A stretch of 64,000 bases of DNA from Escherichia coli. Lineage in GTDB: Bacteria; Pseudomonadota; Gammaproteobacteria; Enterobacterales; Enterobacteriaceae. Position numbers and translations under genes: made by a program. Shown here piece by piece: positions 8,654-20,507 of the stretch. The stretch is from NCBI RefSeq assembly GCF_017348835.2, contig NZ_CP071375.1, one strand, 5' to 3'. The notes beneath the pieces were generated by a model. It was not told the DNA's origin. It did not search any database and saw only the letters and a program-made list of their open reading frames with translations. How positions within the stretch are numbered: position 1 is the first letter of the stretch; every line of letters starts with the position of its first letter.

Positions 8654-11254
8654 TTAATGTTTTGCTACCTGACAGGTAAGATTGTTAAGTAATAAGGTGT
8701 TAGTGCTTCCCAGAGTTTGTGGCTGGGCCGGGAACTGGTAATGCAACTTACAGTCCACGGTTTGGTTGTTTTCAAACCAGCGCACGGTTAATTCCCCACT
8801 GTCGTTAATACCACGCACAAATGCCTGACCGCCCTGGCCCATACTGCCGATCATGACTTCATCCTGGTAAACCTCCGCAGCAAACGGAATCGGTTTGTCA
8901 GTGTTGGAGGTAATATTCAGCACGGCAGAACGCCCTTCGTCAGTTTCAAAACGGGTCAAAACAACGGACCCGCTACGTGGTACGGTGGTGGCGCTGGTAC
9001 TTTTCAGTTCTACGTCGTTTTCCAGCGACTCAATGTTCAGGCCTACGCGGTTTTCACGGTATGGGCTGACAGCGGACGTTACGGCATATCCCCAGCGATC
9101 GATTTCGTTATTACTGTTATTGACTCGTGCGCCTTTAGCGCCTGGGGCATTGACTAACACCAGCGTATCGTTACTGCTGAAACTGTTATTGGTAAATGTC
9201 AGACCACCGCTGTGTAACACAAAGCCGCCATCGGTTGAGATGGAGTACTGTTGGCTATTATCAGAAGAGGCAGAGGCCGAAGCGGAAATACCGCCTAACC
9301 CAGATTCATAGTTGAGATAACCGCCAACAGAAGCTAGATCGCCGTAATTTTTATCCATGCTATAACCTGTGTTGACGCTATAGTTCACCTGGCCGCTTTC
9401 ATTGCTACCGGAACTGTTCATATTCAACTGGTGTGAACCATCAAAATCGGTATTGAGCTGAGTATTTAAATTACGGAAACCGGAAGTCTTGCGTTTGCCA
9501 CCGAAAATATTCTCAAAAGGCACGCTAACGCTGACATACATTGCGTCATCTTTATCGCCATCTTCATTCCAGCTACGTTGCAGGTTAACGCTGAAGCTAC
9601 CCCACGAAACGCTTTTACTGTAACCGACGTTATATTCAGTCCTGCTATTGTTCGCCGCCCAGTAGTCCGTCCAGCTACCGGAAATAAACAGCGAACCGTA
9701 ATCGACATAGGCGATGTTCAACGGTTGGTTGATGCTGACGGTAAACTGGTTTTTCATGCGTGAGTATGTCTGCATGGTGTTTTTGTCTTCATCGGCAGAC
9801 ATATGTTTCGCGTCGTCAATGAGGACTAACGCGTCATGCAGGCCCAGGTAATCCTGGGTGGAATAGCGGTAAGCCGCCAGGTTAAATGATGTTCCGGTAT
9901 CCTGGAAAAGTTTGTTCCAGGTTACGCGATAACTTTGCCCCTGGTAGGTTTTATCATCCGGAATTTCAGCGCGGGAATGGGTAACGTCCATCGCAAAAGC
10001 ACCGATGCTGGTGTTAATACCCACACCTAACAGTCCGGCAAGATAGTTGTTGTCGGTGAACTGAATGCCGGTGTAACCCGTGAAGAGGTTATTCAGACCA
10101 TAGTAATAAGAGGCTTGCCCCATATTAGGTTCGGATCGCAGGCTGTCATCAATAACTTTACCGGCACTGAAATCCCAACGACCCACGCCAGGACGCTGCA
10201 TCTGCACGACGGAGGAGAAGGGCTGCGTAAAGGAACGTTTGGAACCATCCGCTTCTTCAATGGTAATAACCAGTTCGCTACCAAATCCGGAAGGGCTGAT
10301 GTCATCAATAACAAACTCACCTGGCGGAACGGTGGTTTCATAGATTTTATAGCCGTTCTGCGTCACGGTAACTTTGGCGTTAGAGTTTGCCACACCACGA
10401 ATGGTCGGGGCGTAGCTGGCTAACGCAGAAGGCAGCATACGGCTGTCACTGTACAGGCGAACACCCCGGACGTTGACAGAGTCAAACGTTTCACCGGTGG
10501 TGTAGGCATCACCCATGATTATCTGTGAACGTATTGCCGGAATATCACGCTGTAGGTAACGATCCTGGAAATCGAAATCACTGCCGCTATCTGTTGTCCA
10601 GTTATAGTTGCCGCGCGCACGGAAATGCCAGGCACCTAAATTGATACCTGAGTTAAATGCGCCATAGACACTATCGTTATTGTTGTCTTCTGAACTTGTG
10701 TGATACGCGTTCAAGGAATACGACAGCGTGGCAGCGTTAATTCCCGACTCCCATAAGGAAGGATCAACGTAGCCGCCATAGCTCTTCAGGACATAGGCCT
10801 GAGGAATGGTCAGATCGAGATACTGGTCACTGCCATCAAATTGAACTTCGGCCTGATCGTATGACTTTGCCAGATCAAGACAGTCTTCTTCTTCACCTTC
10901 TCTGGCGAGTAGGGTCACAAGCTGTTCGGATTGTTTAATGTGTAACTGCGCCAGGTTTTTGCGGGTAATACAGGCCGCCGCGCTGTTTTCACCAATATCC
11001 ACAAACGGAATTTCTAAACTGGAGGTGGCCTGACCGTTTACAAACACGCGGACATTATAAAGACCCGGCGGTGTCGGGTTACCTTGAGCATAGCGTTTAA
11101 CATCAATGGTTGATGAGCCAGTTCCCATTAAGAAGGAACTGTCATATTCCACCGTGTCTGCCGCAGCACCGTTGCTGCTATAAAGGAGGGCGCAACAGGC
11201 CGCAAGTAGCGTTTTTTTCGGTGTACGACTTTTGTGATGAGTAAACTGGTACAA
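8654..11254 (-). CDS. htrE: Outer-membrane fimbrial usher
   Basis: 866-aa ORF; size and composition typical of PapC/FimD ushers; flanked by chaperone and pilin genes. Confidence 0.9.
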   Translation of the reverse strand: MYQFTHHKSRTPKKTLLAACCALLYSSNGAAADTVEYDSSFLMGTGSSTIDVKRYAQGNPTPPGLYNVRVFVNGQATSSLEIPFVDIGENSAAACITRKNLAQLHIKQSEQLVTLLAREGEEEDCLDLAKSYDQAEVQFDGSDQYLDLTIPQAYVLKSYGGYVDPSLWESGINAATLSYSLNAYHTSSEDNNNDSVYGAFNSGINLGAWHFRARGNYNWTTDSGSDFDFQDRYLQRDIPAIRSQIIMGDAYTTGETFDSVNVRGVRLYSDSRMLPSALASYAPTIRGVANSNAKVTVTQNGYKIYETTVPPGEFVIDDISPSGFGSELVITIEEADGSKRSFTQPFSSVVQMQRPGVGRWDFSAGKVIDDSLRSEPNMGQASYYYGLNNLFTGYTGIQFTDNNYLAGLLGVGINTSIGAFAMDVTHSRAEIPDDKTYQGQSYRVTWNKLFQDTGTSFNLAAYRYSTQDYLGLHDALVLIDDAKHMSADEDKNTMQTYSRMKNQFTVSINQPLNIAYVDYGSLFISGSWTDYWAANNSRTEYNVGYSKSVSWGSFSVNLQRSWNEDGDKDDAMYVSVSVPFENIFGGKRKTSGFRNLNTQLNTDFDGSHQLNMNSSGSNESGQVNYSVNTGYSMDKNYGDLASVGGYLNYESGLGGISASASASSDNSQQYSISTDGGFVLHSGGLTFTNNSFSSNDTLVLVNAPGAKGARVNNSNNEIDRWGYAVTSAVSPYRENRVGLNIESLENDVELKSTSATTVPRSGSVVLTRFETDEGRSAVLNITSNTDKPIPFAAEVYQDEVMIGSMGQGGQAFVRGINDSGELTVRWFENNQTVDCKLHYQFPAQPQTLGSTNTLLLNNLTCQVAKH

Positions 11255-11294
11255 GGTTGCATTCCTGGCGATGTTAAAAGAATCCGTTTATTTT

Positions 11295-12020
11295 TTAGAA
11301 TGTTGCTGAACCATCGATATTGCCGCCAAAGTCATTTATGGCCTGGAACACGACTTTGCCCGATGAAACGCCACCTGACAGACCCGTTACGCTAAAGCTT
11401 GCCTGACTGAACGGCGCGATCATGCTGGAATCGACTTTGTAGCTTTTGCCGCCGCTTTCCAGTTTGACGTCATTGAATGACACGTAATAAGGCGTTGGGT
11501 TATTCGCCTGCAATTGCGTGTTGTTCAACTTCCAGGTGATTTTTGCTGGCGCTTCAGCAGGTTCACCCTGCAAACCGCTCGGGCGATAAAAAAGTTTGAT
11601 GCGCGTGCGGAAAGCCAGTTGTAGTAAGTTTTTGTCAGCCTGGGCATCTTTCGGCTTTGGCGGCACTTCCAGCACGTTAAACCAGTAGACACTTTCCCGG
11701 TCTTTAGGTAGGGCTGTTGCACCGGTATACATTACTTTTACGGTTTGCCCGCGTTTTGGCTCCACGCGTGAAACGGGGGGCGTAGAGGTAAAGGGCACTT
11801 TGATCTGGCTGGGGTCGACATTGTCATTGCCGGTGTCCAACCAGTTCTGAATCAGTAAGGGGCGATTCCCTTTATTTTCCAGACGAACGTTAACATCTTT
11901 TTTATCAGCGTTATAAATGATACGAGTCCCGGAAATAATAATGTCAGCGAATGCTGGCGTACTGGCTAACAGAGTACTCACAAATAATGCACTAACCGTT
12001 TTTTTAACCAAGGGAAACAT
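11295..12020 (-). CDS. ecpD: Periplasmic fimbrial chaperone (PapD-like)
   Basis: ORF 11295-12095; the likely start is the internal Met giving MFPLVKKTVSALFVSTLLASTPAFA (signal peptide). The exact start is uncertain. Also known as yadV. Confidence 0.85.
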   Translation of the reverse strand: MFPLVKKTVSALFVSTLLASTPAFADIIISGTRIIYNADKKDVNVRLENKGNRPLLIQNWLDTGNDNVDPSQIKVPFTSTPPVSRVEPKRGQTVKVMYTGATALPKDRESVYWFNVLEVPPKPKDAQADKNLLQLAFRTRIKLFYRPSGLQGEPAEAPAKITWKLNNTQLQANNPTPYYVSFNDVKLESGGKSYKVDSSMIAPFSQASFSVTGLSGGVSSGKVVFQAINDFGGNIDGSATF

Positions 12021-12106
12021 AAGCACTCCTTGCTGTCTGTGTTGAGATAAAATTAGCGAAAATAAGGTTTGCCTGATGACAAACCCTATACTCAATTCGC
12101 CATCAA

Positions 12107-12700
12107 TTACTGATAAGTAATGGTGTACAGTGCGTTAGTGGTAACGTGACCAGCAGTAACAGCCTGGCTGTTCGGTGCTTTAACGTAAGATGCGTTAAAC
12201 ACATACTGACCGTTGCCTTGTGCGTCTAATGTCAATTCCTGGATTTCAGAAGAATTGTTCATATGGACCTGCTTAATTTCAGCAGCGCCAGCTTTGTTTT
12301 TCATGTTATGAACAGCAATGTTCACGTTCTGAGCCGGTTGAATACCGTTAATCGTGATATTGGTATTGTTGTTCAGGGTGCCGCTGGTGTTCGCGTAGCT
12401 TGCAGAACCCATGGTCAACTGGGCAGTTGTTTTACCCGGTTCGCAATCCACAGAAATCATGAACTCTTTCGGCAGTAAACCAACAGCAGCAGCGCTTACT
12501 TCAGCAAAGTTATCAGTAACATTTGCAGTATCCAGGGTAACCACGCCATCAGTGCTGATGCCGTGCATACCGGTATCTACCACACCCACTTTACAGGTAC
12601 CGGACTGTACCATACCGTTAAAGTCGATATGACCACCATCTACAGCCAGGGCGGAACCAGAAGCCATAACCAGAACGGCTGCGAGAAGTGCTTTTTTCAT
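12107..12700 (-). CDS. yadN: Major fimbrial subunit (pilin)
   Basis: ORF 12107-12709; the likely start is MKKALLAAVLVMASGSALA (signal peptide); C-terminus ...TNALYTITYQ; first gene of the operon. Confidence 0.85.
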   Translation of the reverse strand: MKKALLAAVLVMASGSALAVDGGHIDFNGMVQSGTCKVGVVDTGMHGISTDGVVTLDTANVTDNFAEVSAAAVGLLPKEFMISVDCEPGKTTAQLTMGSASYANTSGTLNNNTNITINGIQPAQNVNIAVHNMKNKAGAAEIKQVHMNNSSEIQELTLDAQGNGQYVFNASYVKAPNSQAVTAGHVTTNALYTITYQ

Positions 12701-12709
12701 TACATGCAT

Positions 12710-13042
12710 CCTTACAAAAATTATATGAAATTAATATTGCGAGCGGATATTACTCAAAGTTTTTGGAGGATGTAATAGGGGTGAGTTATCACGGATGTGA
12801 ATATATTTATGTGGTGTATTGAATTGTTGTTATTTTAGGTTGTTTAAACAAAAAATGCCTAATTTATTTGCATGAAGTGCTATTTCATGAATGAATTAAA
12901 AAAAACTAAAATGTAAATTAAGTATATTTAATATGTAAGGGGGGAAGTGAGGAGTAAGATAAGAAAATAATTTTTTCTTGGTGGATGAAATAGCCGTATC
13001 ATTTTGTATTCCTCTCGTCAAGAAAATAAAATAATACAGCTA
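12710..13042 (-). promoter_or_regulatory. AT-rich upstream control region of the yad fimbrial operon (probable H-NS-silenced promoter)
   Basis: 333-bp intergenic region with very high A+T content and long A/T runs, immediately upstream of yadN on the minus strand. Confidence 0.5.
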
Positions 13043-13522
13043 TTACCAGATGGCAGGTTGTGGTACTGCTAGCGAAGTGAGTATTTCACGTAATGTCTCC
13101 CCATCAGGAAACACGAGTTCCGGGGCAATCTCAAACAGCGGCCACAGCATAAAGCCGCGATTCTTCATATCATAATGCGGAACGGTGAGTCGTTCGGTAT
13201 TAATGGTTTCATTACCAAACAACATGATATCAAGATCGAGTGTGCGCGGTCCCCAGCGTTCAGCTTTACGGACGCGACCTTGCTGCAATTCAATACGCTG
13301 AGTGTGATTGAGTAACTCTTCAGGTGCAAGAGAGGTTTTCAGCGCCACGGCTGCGTTTAAGTAATCGGGTTGATCTTGCGGCCCCAGCGGTGGGGTGCGG
13401 TAAAACGAAGAAACGGCAAGAATGTGGCTTTCAGGGATATCGCCTAATGCTTTCAAGGCAGCATTGACCTGCTCCAGCGGAGAGGCCAGATTGCTGCCTA
13501 TGGCAATATACGCCACTGTCAT
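13043..13522 (-). CDS. folK: 2-amino-4-hydroxy-6-hydroxymethyldihydropteridine pyrophosphokinase
   Basis: 159-aa [37 protein letters not shown]... Confidence 0.95.
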
Positions 13523-14916
13523 GCGGTACCCTCACGACGTGGTGCGCGTTTGCGTGGACGACGAGTACGACGACGCGGTGACGGTTCTTCATCCAGCTCG
13601 TTGAGCATCCCTTTTTGGTCTGGTGGCGCGGAAACCTGGAACTCACCCCACCATTTCACCAGACGCTGCAATTCAGCGTTACGTTCAACTTCAGCTCGCA
13701 AGGCCAACAGGTCATAAGCCGCACGGAACTTAGGATGCTCCAGCAGTTTCCATGCGCGTTTACCCTGACGTCGGGACATACGCAATTGCAACTGCCAGAT
13801 ATCGCGGGTTAACGTCGTCAGGCGTTTCGGGATTGCCAGTGAACGGCAGGCTTCGTCCAGCACGTCGTTCATCGCCAGCGCGAAAGCGTCGTGATAGGTC
13901 AGGCCGCTTTCCTGGGCGATCTTCTGTGCCGTCTCCAGCAGTGGGTACCAGAACATGGCGGCAAACAGGAACGCCGGGTTCACGCGCATATCGTTATGGA
14001 TACGCGTATCGGTATTCTTCAGCACCTGTTCAATGATCCGCTCCATCGGGCTGTCGCCATTTTCCGTGAAGTAGCGGGTAATGGTCGGGAACAGCGGCTG
14101 GAACAGATGATATTCACACAGCAGCTTATAGGTTTCGTAACCGTAGCCCGCTTGTAGCAGTTTAAGCGATTCTTCAAACAGGCGTGCTGGTGGGATATCG
14201 TTCAGCAGGGTAGCGAGGCGAGGGATCGGTTCTGCGGTTTCCGGGCTGATGCGCATACCCAATTTGGCGGCAAAACGTACCGCGCGCAGCATACGTACCG
14301 GATCTTCACGGTAGCGCGTTTCCGGGTTACCAATCAGACGGATAACACCGTCCTTCAGATCCTTCATACCGCCAACGTAATCACGGACGGTAAAATCCGC
14401 TACGCTGTAATACAGGCTGTTGATAGTAAAATCGCGGCGCTGGGCGTCTTCTTCGATGGAGCCGAAAATGTTGTCGCGCAGCAACATGCCGTTTTGCCCG
14501 CGTTGGGAAGTCGTGCGGTCGCTGACGTTACCTTCGTGGTGTCCACGGAAGGTCGCAACTTCGATAATCTCCGGGCCAAACATCACATGAGCCAGACGGA
14601 AACGGCGACCCACCAGGCGGCAGTTACGGAACAGTTTGCGCACCTGCTCAGGCGTGGCGTTAGTGGTTACGTCAAAATCTTTCGGCTTTTTGCCGAGTAA
14701 CAGGTCGCGCACGCCGCCGCCAACCAGCCAGGCTTCGTATCCCGCTTTATTGAGCCTGTACATTACCTTCAGGGCATTTTCACTGATATCTTTGCGGGAA
14801 ATAGCATGCTGCTCACGCGGGATCACCGTCACCTGTGGACGGGCGACTGCCTGTTCAGCCTCGCTTTCCTCGCGGCTTAGCACCTTGCGGCAAAAATTAG
14901 CGACTCGGGTAAAAAT
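13519..14916 (-). CDS. pcnB: Poly(A) polymerase I
   Basis: The ORF track gives 472 aa from an upstream ATG (14937); the established PcnB start is a non-canonical AUU giving a 465-aa protein (…[17 protein letters not shown]…). Overlaps the folK start by 4 nt. Confidence 0.9.
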
Positions 14917-14975
14917 AGTACACCTCGGTAGTGTCAAACATCATTCAGGACAAAAAAATAGCGGCTAATCATAGC

Positions 14976-15902
14976 TCAGCATGACGCATTTGAGAATGTT
15001 GAATTTACAATTGCCGACTCAGGCACGGCGGTCAGCGTCCAGTTTTTGACGGCTGACTGAAGGATTTGCTCGACGCTGAAATCCTGCCAGTGTGCTTCTG
15101 CCTGCTGCCCCAGAAATTGAAGTGCCGCGATTAGTACCGGGCGTGGATCGCCTTTCGGCAACGCAGGCGCATGATTCTGCTTGGAAAGTTTAGCGCCTTG
15201 TGGATTAAGCGCCAGCGGCAGATGAATGTAATCTGGCACTTTCCAGCCAAAAAGCTGGTACAGCGAGATTTGCCGCACTGTCGGTTCGATCAAATCTGCC
15301 CCGCGGACAATTTCGCTCACACCCTGGAAGTGATCATCCACCACCACCGCCAGGTTATAGGCAAACAAACCATCACGGCGATGAATAATAAAATCTTCCC
15401 GTGCCAGTTTTTCGTCGGCGTGAATAATGCCTCGCAGCAGGTCAGTAAACTGGGTGACCGGATGCTGCTGGCGGATACGCACTGCGGCGTTGTCTGGTCC
15501 ATGATGCAATTCCCGGCAATGACCGTCGTAAATACCGCCAATGCTTTGAATACGTGCACGCGTGCAGGTGCAGTAATAACTTAGTCCTTGCTCATGTAAC
15601 CAGGCGAGTGCTTCGCGATAGGCGTGGTGACGTTGCGATTGCCAGAGAACATCGCCGTCCCAGTGCAGGCCGTAATGTTCCAGCTGGCGCAGGATAGTTT
15701 CTGCGGCACCGGGAACTTCACGAGGCGGGTCGATATCTTCTATACGTACCAGCCAGCGACCTTGCCGGGCGTGAGCCTGCAAATAGCTGCCAAGCGCAGC
15801 AATCAGAGAACCAAAATGAAGCTCGCCGGAAGGAGAGGGGGCGAAGCGGCCAATATAGTGTGTGTCTGTCATCTCTTTGAACAAAAAATAAGGCGGGAGC
15901 AT
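14976..15902 (-). CDS. gluQ: Glutamyl-Q tRNA(Asp) synthetase
   Basis: 308-aa ORF with a class I aaRS-like HIGH region (…SGELHFGSL…); upstream of dksA. Confidence 0.9.
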   Translation of the reverse strand: MLPPYFLFKEMTDTHYIGRFAPSPSGELHFGSLIAALGSYLQAHARQGRWLVRIEDIDPPREVPGAAETILRQLEHYGLHWDGDVLWQSQRHHAYREALAWLHEQGLSYYCTCTRARIQSIGGIYDGHCRELHHGPDNAAVRIRQQHPVTQFTDLLRGIIHADEKLAREDFIIHRRDGLFAYNLAVVVDDHFQGVSEIVRGADLIEPTVRQISLYQLFGWKVPDYIHLPLALNPQGAKLSKQNHAPALPKGDPRPVLIAALQFLGQQAEAHWQDFSVEQILQSAVKNWTLTAVPESAIVNSTFSNASC

Positions 15903-15938
15903 TTCCCGCCTGTGGTAAACGTGATGGAACGGCTGTAA

Positions 15939-16394
15939 TTAGCCAGCCATCTGTTTTTCGCGAATTTCAGCCAGCGTTTTGCAGTCGATGCACAGATCGG
16001 CTGTCGGGCGCGCTTCCAGACGGCGAATACCAATTTCAACACCGCAGGATTCGCAGTAGCCGAAATCTTCGTCTTCCACTTTTTTCAGCGTCTTCTCGAT
16101 CTTTTTGATCAGCTTACGCTCGCGATCGCGGTTACGCAGTTCGAGGCTGAACTCTTCTTCCTGGGCTGCACGGTCTACCGGGTCCGGGAAGTTGGCTGCT
16201 TCATCCTGCATATGTGTAACGGTGCGATCGACTTCATCCCTGAGTTGATTACGCCATGCTTCCAGAATACGACGGAAGTGCGCCAGCTGGGCTTCATTCA
16301 TATACTCTTCGCCCGGCTTCTCCTGATATGGTTCCACCCCAGCGATGGCGAGAATACTCAGGGACGATGTTTTACGGTTTTGCCCTTCTTGCAT
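15939..16394 (-). CDS. dksA: RNA polymerase-binding transcription factor DksA
   Basis: 151 aa from [26 protein letters not shown]...; C4 zinc finger [25 protein letters not shown]. Confidence 0.95.
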   Translation of the reverse strand: MQEGQNRKTSSLSILAIAGVEPYQEKPGEEYMNEAQLAHFRRILEAWRNQLRDEVDRTVTHMQDEAANFPDPVDRAAQEEEFSLELRNRDRERKLIKKIEKTLKKVEDEDFGYCESCGVEIGIRRLEARPTADLCIDCKTLAEIREKQMAG

Positions 16395-16571
16395 GTTGCT
16401 TCTCCTTAACACGCACTATCGATCCCCATGTTCGGGGGAAAAATGAGGCCGCTATAAATAGCAGATGCTTTTCCGGATAGCAATTATCTAAACGTAACAC
16501 TTGACAACTGTGTGAGGAAAAGCGTATTTGCGCACGCGACCAGAATGTAAATTAACCAGTTACTTACTTTA

Positions 16572-17821
<1,250 letters not shown>

Positions 17822-17894
17822 GTGAGGCACTCGGTTATGAATTACCGCGATGCTACAATGTGGCGCGAAGAATGTTAACCCTCTGGAGCGTTTT

Positions 17895-20324
17895 GTGTCG
17901 TCGTTGCCCGTTGCTGCCGTCTTACCTGAATTACTTACCGCTCTCGATTGTGCGCCGCAGGTATTATTAAGTGCGCCGACCGGGGCCGGGAAATCAACCT
18001 GGCTGCCGCTGCAACTGCTGGCGCATCCCGGCATTAACGGGAAAATTATCCTGTTGGAGCCACGGCGTCTGGCGGCGCGTAACGTCGCGCAACGGCTGGC
18101 GGAGCTGCTTAACGAAAAGCCAGGCGATACCGTTGGCTACCGGATGCGTGCGCAAAACTGCGTCGGGCCGAATACCCGCCTGGAAGTGGTTACCGAAGGC
18201 GTGCTGACGCGGATGATCCAGCGTGACCCGGAGTTGAGCGGTGTTGGATTGGTGATCCTTGATGAATTTCATGAGCGTAGCTTGCAGGCGGATTTGGCGT
18301 TGGCGCTGTTACTCGATGTGCAACAAGGTCTGCGTGATGACCTTAAACTGCTGATTATGTCGGCTACGCTGGACAACGACCGCTTGCAACAAATGCTACC
18401 AGAAGCGCCCGTCGTCATCTCAGAAGGGCGCTCGTTTCCGGTTGAACGCCGTTATTTACCGCTGCCCGCCCATCAGCGTTTTGACGAAGCCGTCGCGGTT
18501 GCGACCGCCGAAATGCTGCGTCAGGAAAGTGGATCATTACTGTTATTTTTACCGGGCGTCGGAGAAATTCAGCGTGTGCAGGAACAACTGGCTTCGCGTA
18601 TCGGCAGTGATGTGTTGCTCTGCCCGCTGTATGGCGCGTTGTCGCTGAACGATCAGCGAAAAGCGATCCTCCCGGCACCGCAAGGGATGCGCAAAGTCGT
18701 GCTGGCGACCAATATTGCTGAAACCAGTTTAACTATCGAAGGTATTCGTCTGGTGGTGGATTGCGCCCAGGAAAGGGTGGCGCGTTTTGATCCGCGAACA
18801 GGGCTTACGCGACTAATTACTCAGCGAATCAGTCAGGCGTCGATGACGCAGCGTGCCGGGCGCGCCGGGCGTCTGGAGCCGGGTATCTGCCTGCATTTAA
18901 TCGCCAAGGAACAAGCAGAACGCGCCGCGGCGCAAAGTGAACCGGAAATATTACAAAGCGATCTTTCCGGTTTGCTGATGGAATTACTGCAATGGGGATG
19001 CAGCGATCCGGCGCAGATGAGCTGGCTGGATCAACCGCCAACGGTGAATCTACTGGCCGCGAAACGCCTGTTACGGATGCTGGGGGCGCTGGACGGTGAA
19101 CGGCTTAGTGCGCAGGGGCAAAAAATGGCAGCGCTGGGTAACGATCCGCGTTTAGCGGCAATGCTGGTTAGCGCAAAGAGCGACGACGAAGCTGCTACCG
19201 CGGCAAAAATTGCCGCCATTCTCGAAGAGCCGCCACGGATGGGCAATAGTGACCTGGGCGTGGTGTTTTCGCGCAATCAGCCAGCCTGGCAGCAACGTAG
19301 TCAGCAACTGTTAAAACGCTTAAACGTATACGGCGGTGAGGCAGACAGTTCGCTTATCGCGCTGCTACTTGCCGGGGCGTTTGCCGATCGCATTGCTCGC
19401 CGCCGTGGGCAAGATGGACGCTATCAACTGGCAAACGGCATGGGAGCGATGCTCGATGCCGACGACGCGCTAAGCCGCCACGAATGGTTGATCGCACCGT
19501 TATTATTGCAGGGCAGCGCCTCGCCGGATGCGCGGATTTTACTGGCGCTACCGGTCGATATTGATGAATTAGTGCGACGCTGTCCGCAGCTGGTGCAGCA
19601 ATCTGACACCGTGGAATGGGATGACGCGCAAGGTACGCTGAAAGCCTGGCGTCGGCTGCAAATCGGTCAGTTGACGGTGAAAGTGCAGCCGTTGGCGAAA
19701 CCGTCAGAAGACGAGTTGCATCAGGCGATGCTTAACGGCATCCGTGATAAAGGTTTAAGCGTGCTCAACTGGACGGCGGAAGCGGAACAGCTACGCTTGC
19801 GTTTGTTATGCGCCGGAAAGTGGTTGCCAGAATATGACTGGCCAGCGGTTGATGATGAAAGTTTGTTGGCGACGCTGGAAACGTGGCTGCTGCCACATAT
19901 GGCCGGTGTACATTCACTACGCGGCCTGAAATCACTCGACATTTATCAGGCACTACGCGGATTACTTGATTGGGGAATGCAGCAACGTCTGGATAGTGAA
20001 TTGCCTGCGCATTACACTGTGCCGACGGGAAGCCGGATCGCCATTCGTTATCATGAAGATAACCCGCCCGCGCTGGCGGTGAGAATGCAGGAGATGTTTG
20101 GTGAGGCCACCAATCCGACGATCGCTCAGGGGCGCGTGCCGCTGGTGCTGGAGTTGCTTTCCCCTGCCCAAAGGCCGCTGCAAATCACGCGTGATTTGGG
20201 GGCCTTCTGGAAAGGGGCGTATCGTGAGGTGCAAAAAGAGATGAAAGGGCGTTATCCCAAACACGTCTGGCCGGACGACCCGGCAAACACGGCACCGACG
20301 CGACGGACGAAAAAGTATTCGTAA
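17895..20324 (+). CDS. hrpB: ATP-dependent RNA helicase HrpB (DEAH-box)
   Basis: Walker A GAGKST and DEFH motifs; probable GTG start at 17895 (VSSLPVAAVLPELL...). The ORF track begins at the upstream ATG 17850. Confidence 0.9.
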   Translation: MSSLPVAAVLPELLTALDCAPQVLLSAPTGAGKSTWLPLQLLAHPGINGKIILLEPRRLAARNVAQRLAELLNEKPGDTVGYRMRAQNCVGPNTRLEVVTEGVLTRMIQRDPELSGVGLVILDEFHERSLQADLALALLLDVQQGLRDDLKLLIMSATLDNDRLQQMLPEAPVVISEGRSFPVERRYLPLPAHQRFDEAVAVATAEMLRQESGSLLLFLPGVGEIQRVQEQLASRIGSDVLLCPLYGALSLNDQRKAILPAPQGMRKVVLATNIAETSLTIEGIRLVVDCAQERVARFDPRTGLTRLITQRISQASMTQRAGRAGRLEPGICLHLIAKEQAERAAAQSEPEILQSDLSGLLMELLQWGCSDPAQMSWLDQPPTVNLLAAKRLLRMLGALDGERLSAQGQKMAALGNDPRLAAMLVSAKSDDEAATAAKIAAILEEPPRMGNSDLGVVFSRNQPAWQQRSQQLLKRLNVYGGEADSSLIALLLAGAFADRIARRRGQDGRYQLANGMGAMLDADDALSRHEWLIAPLLLQGSASPDARILLALPVDIDELVRRCPQLVQQSDTVEWDDAQGTLKAWRRLQIGQLTVKVQPLAKPSEDELHQAMLNGIRDKGLSVLNWTAEAEQLRLRLLCAGKWLPEYDWPAVDDESLLATLETWLLPHMAGVHSLRGLKSLDIYQALRGLLDWGMQQRLDSELPAHYTVPTGSRIAIRYHEDNPPALAVRMQEMFGEATNPTIAQGRVPLVLELLSPAQRPLQITRDLGAFWKGAYREVQKEMKGRYPKHVWPDDPANTAPTRRTKKYS

Positions 20325-20334
20325 GGTTGGTTTT

Positions 20335-20410
20335 CTCCCTCTCCCTGTGGGAGAGGGCCGGGGTGAGGGCATCAGCGCGTACGTTCACCCTCACCCTCAA
20401 GGGAGAGGGG
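20335..20410. repeat. GC-rich palindromic intergenic repeat (boxC-like) forming two or three stem-loops
   Basis: CCCTCTCCC-tgt-GGGAGAGGG (20337-20357); GGGTGAGGG...CCCTCACCC (20361-20396); GGGAGAGGG (20401-20409). The family name is from memory. Confidence 0.5.
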
Positions 20411-20507
20411 ACCGATCGAGCACAAATTTTGAGAGATATCTTCTTCTGTCTTGTAACAGAAGAACAGAAAATCGGGCTTTTGCGCCTGAATATTGCGGAG
20501 AAAAAGC

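Noticed and set aside
17850-18034. N-terminal extensions in the ORF track for hrpB (from 17850) and ligT (to 18034), which would make the two divergent genes overlap
   Set aside because: The conserved N-termini begin at GTG 17895 (hrpB) and ATG 17821 (ligT), leaving a 73-bp divergent promoter region; the extensions are not conserved-looking.
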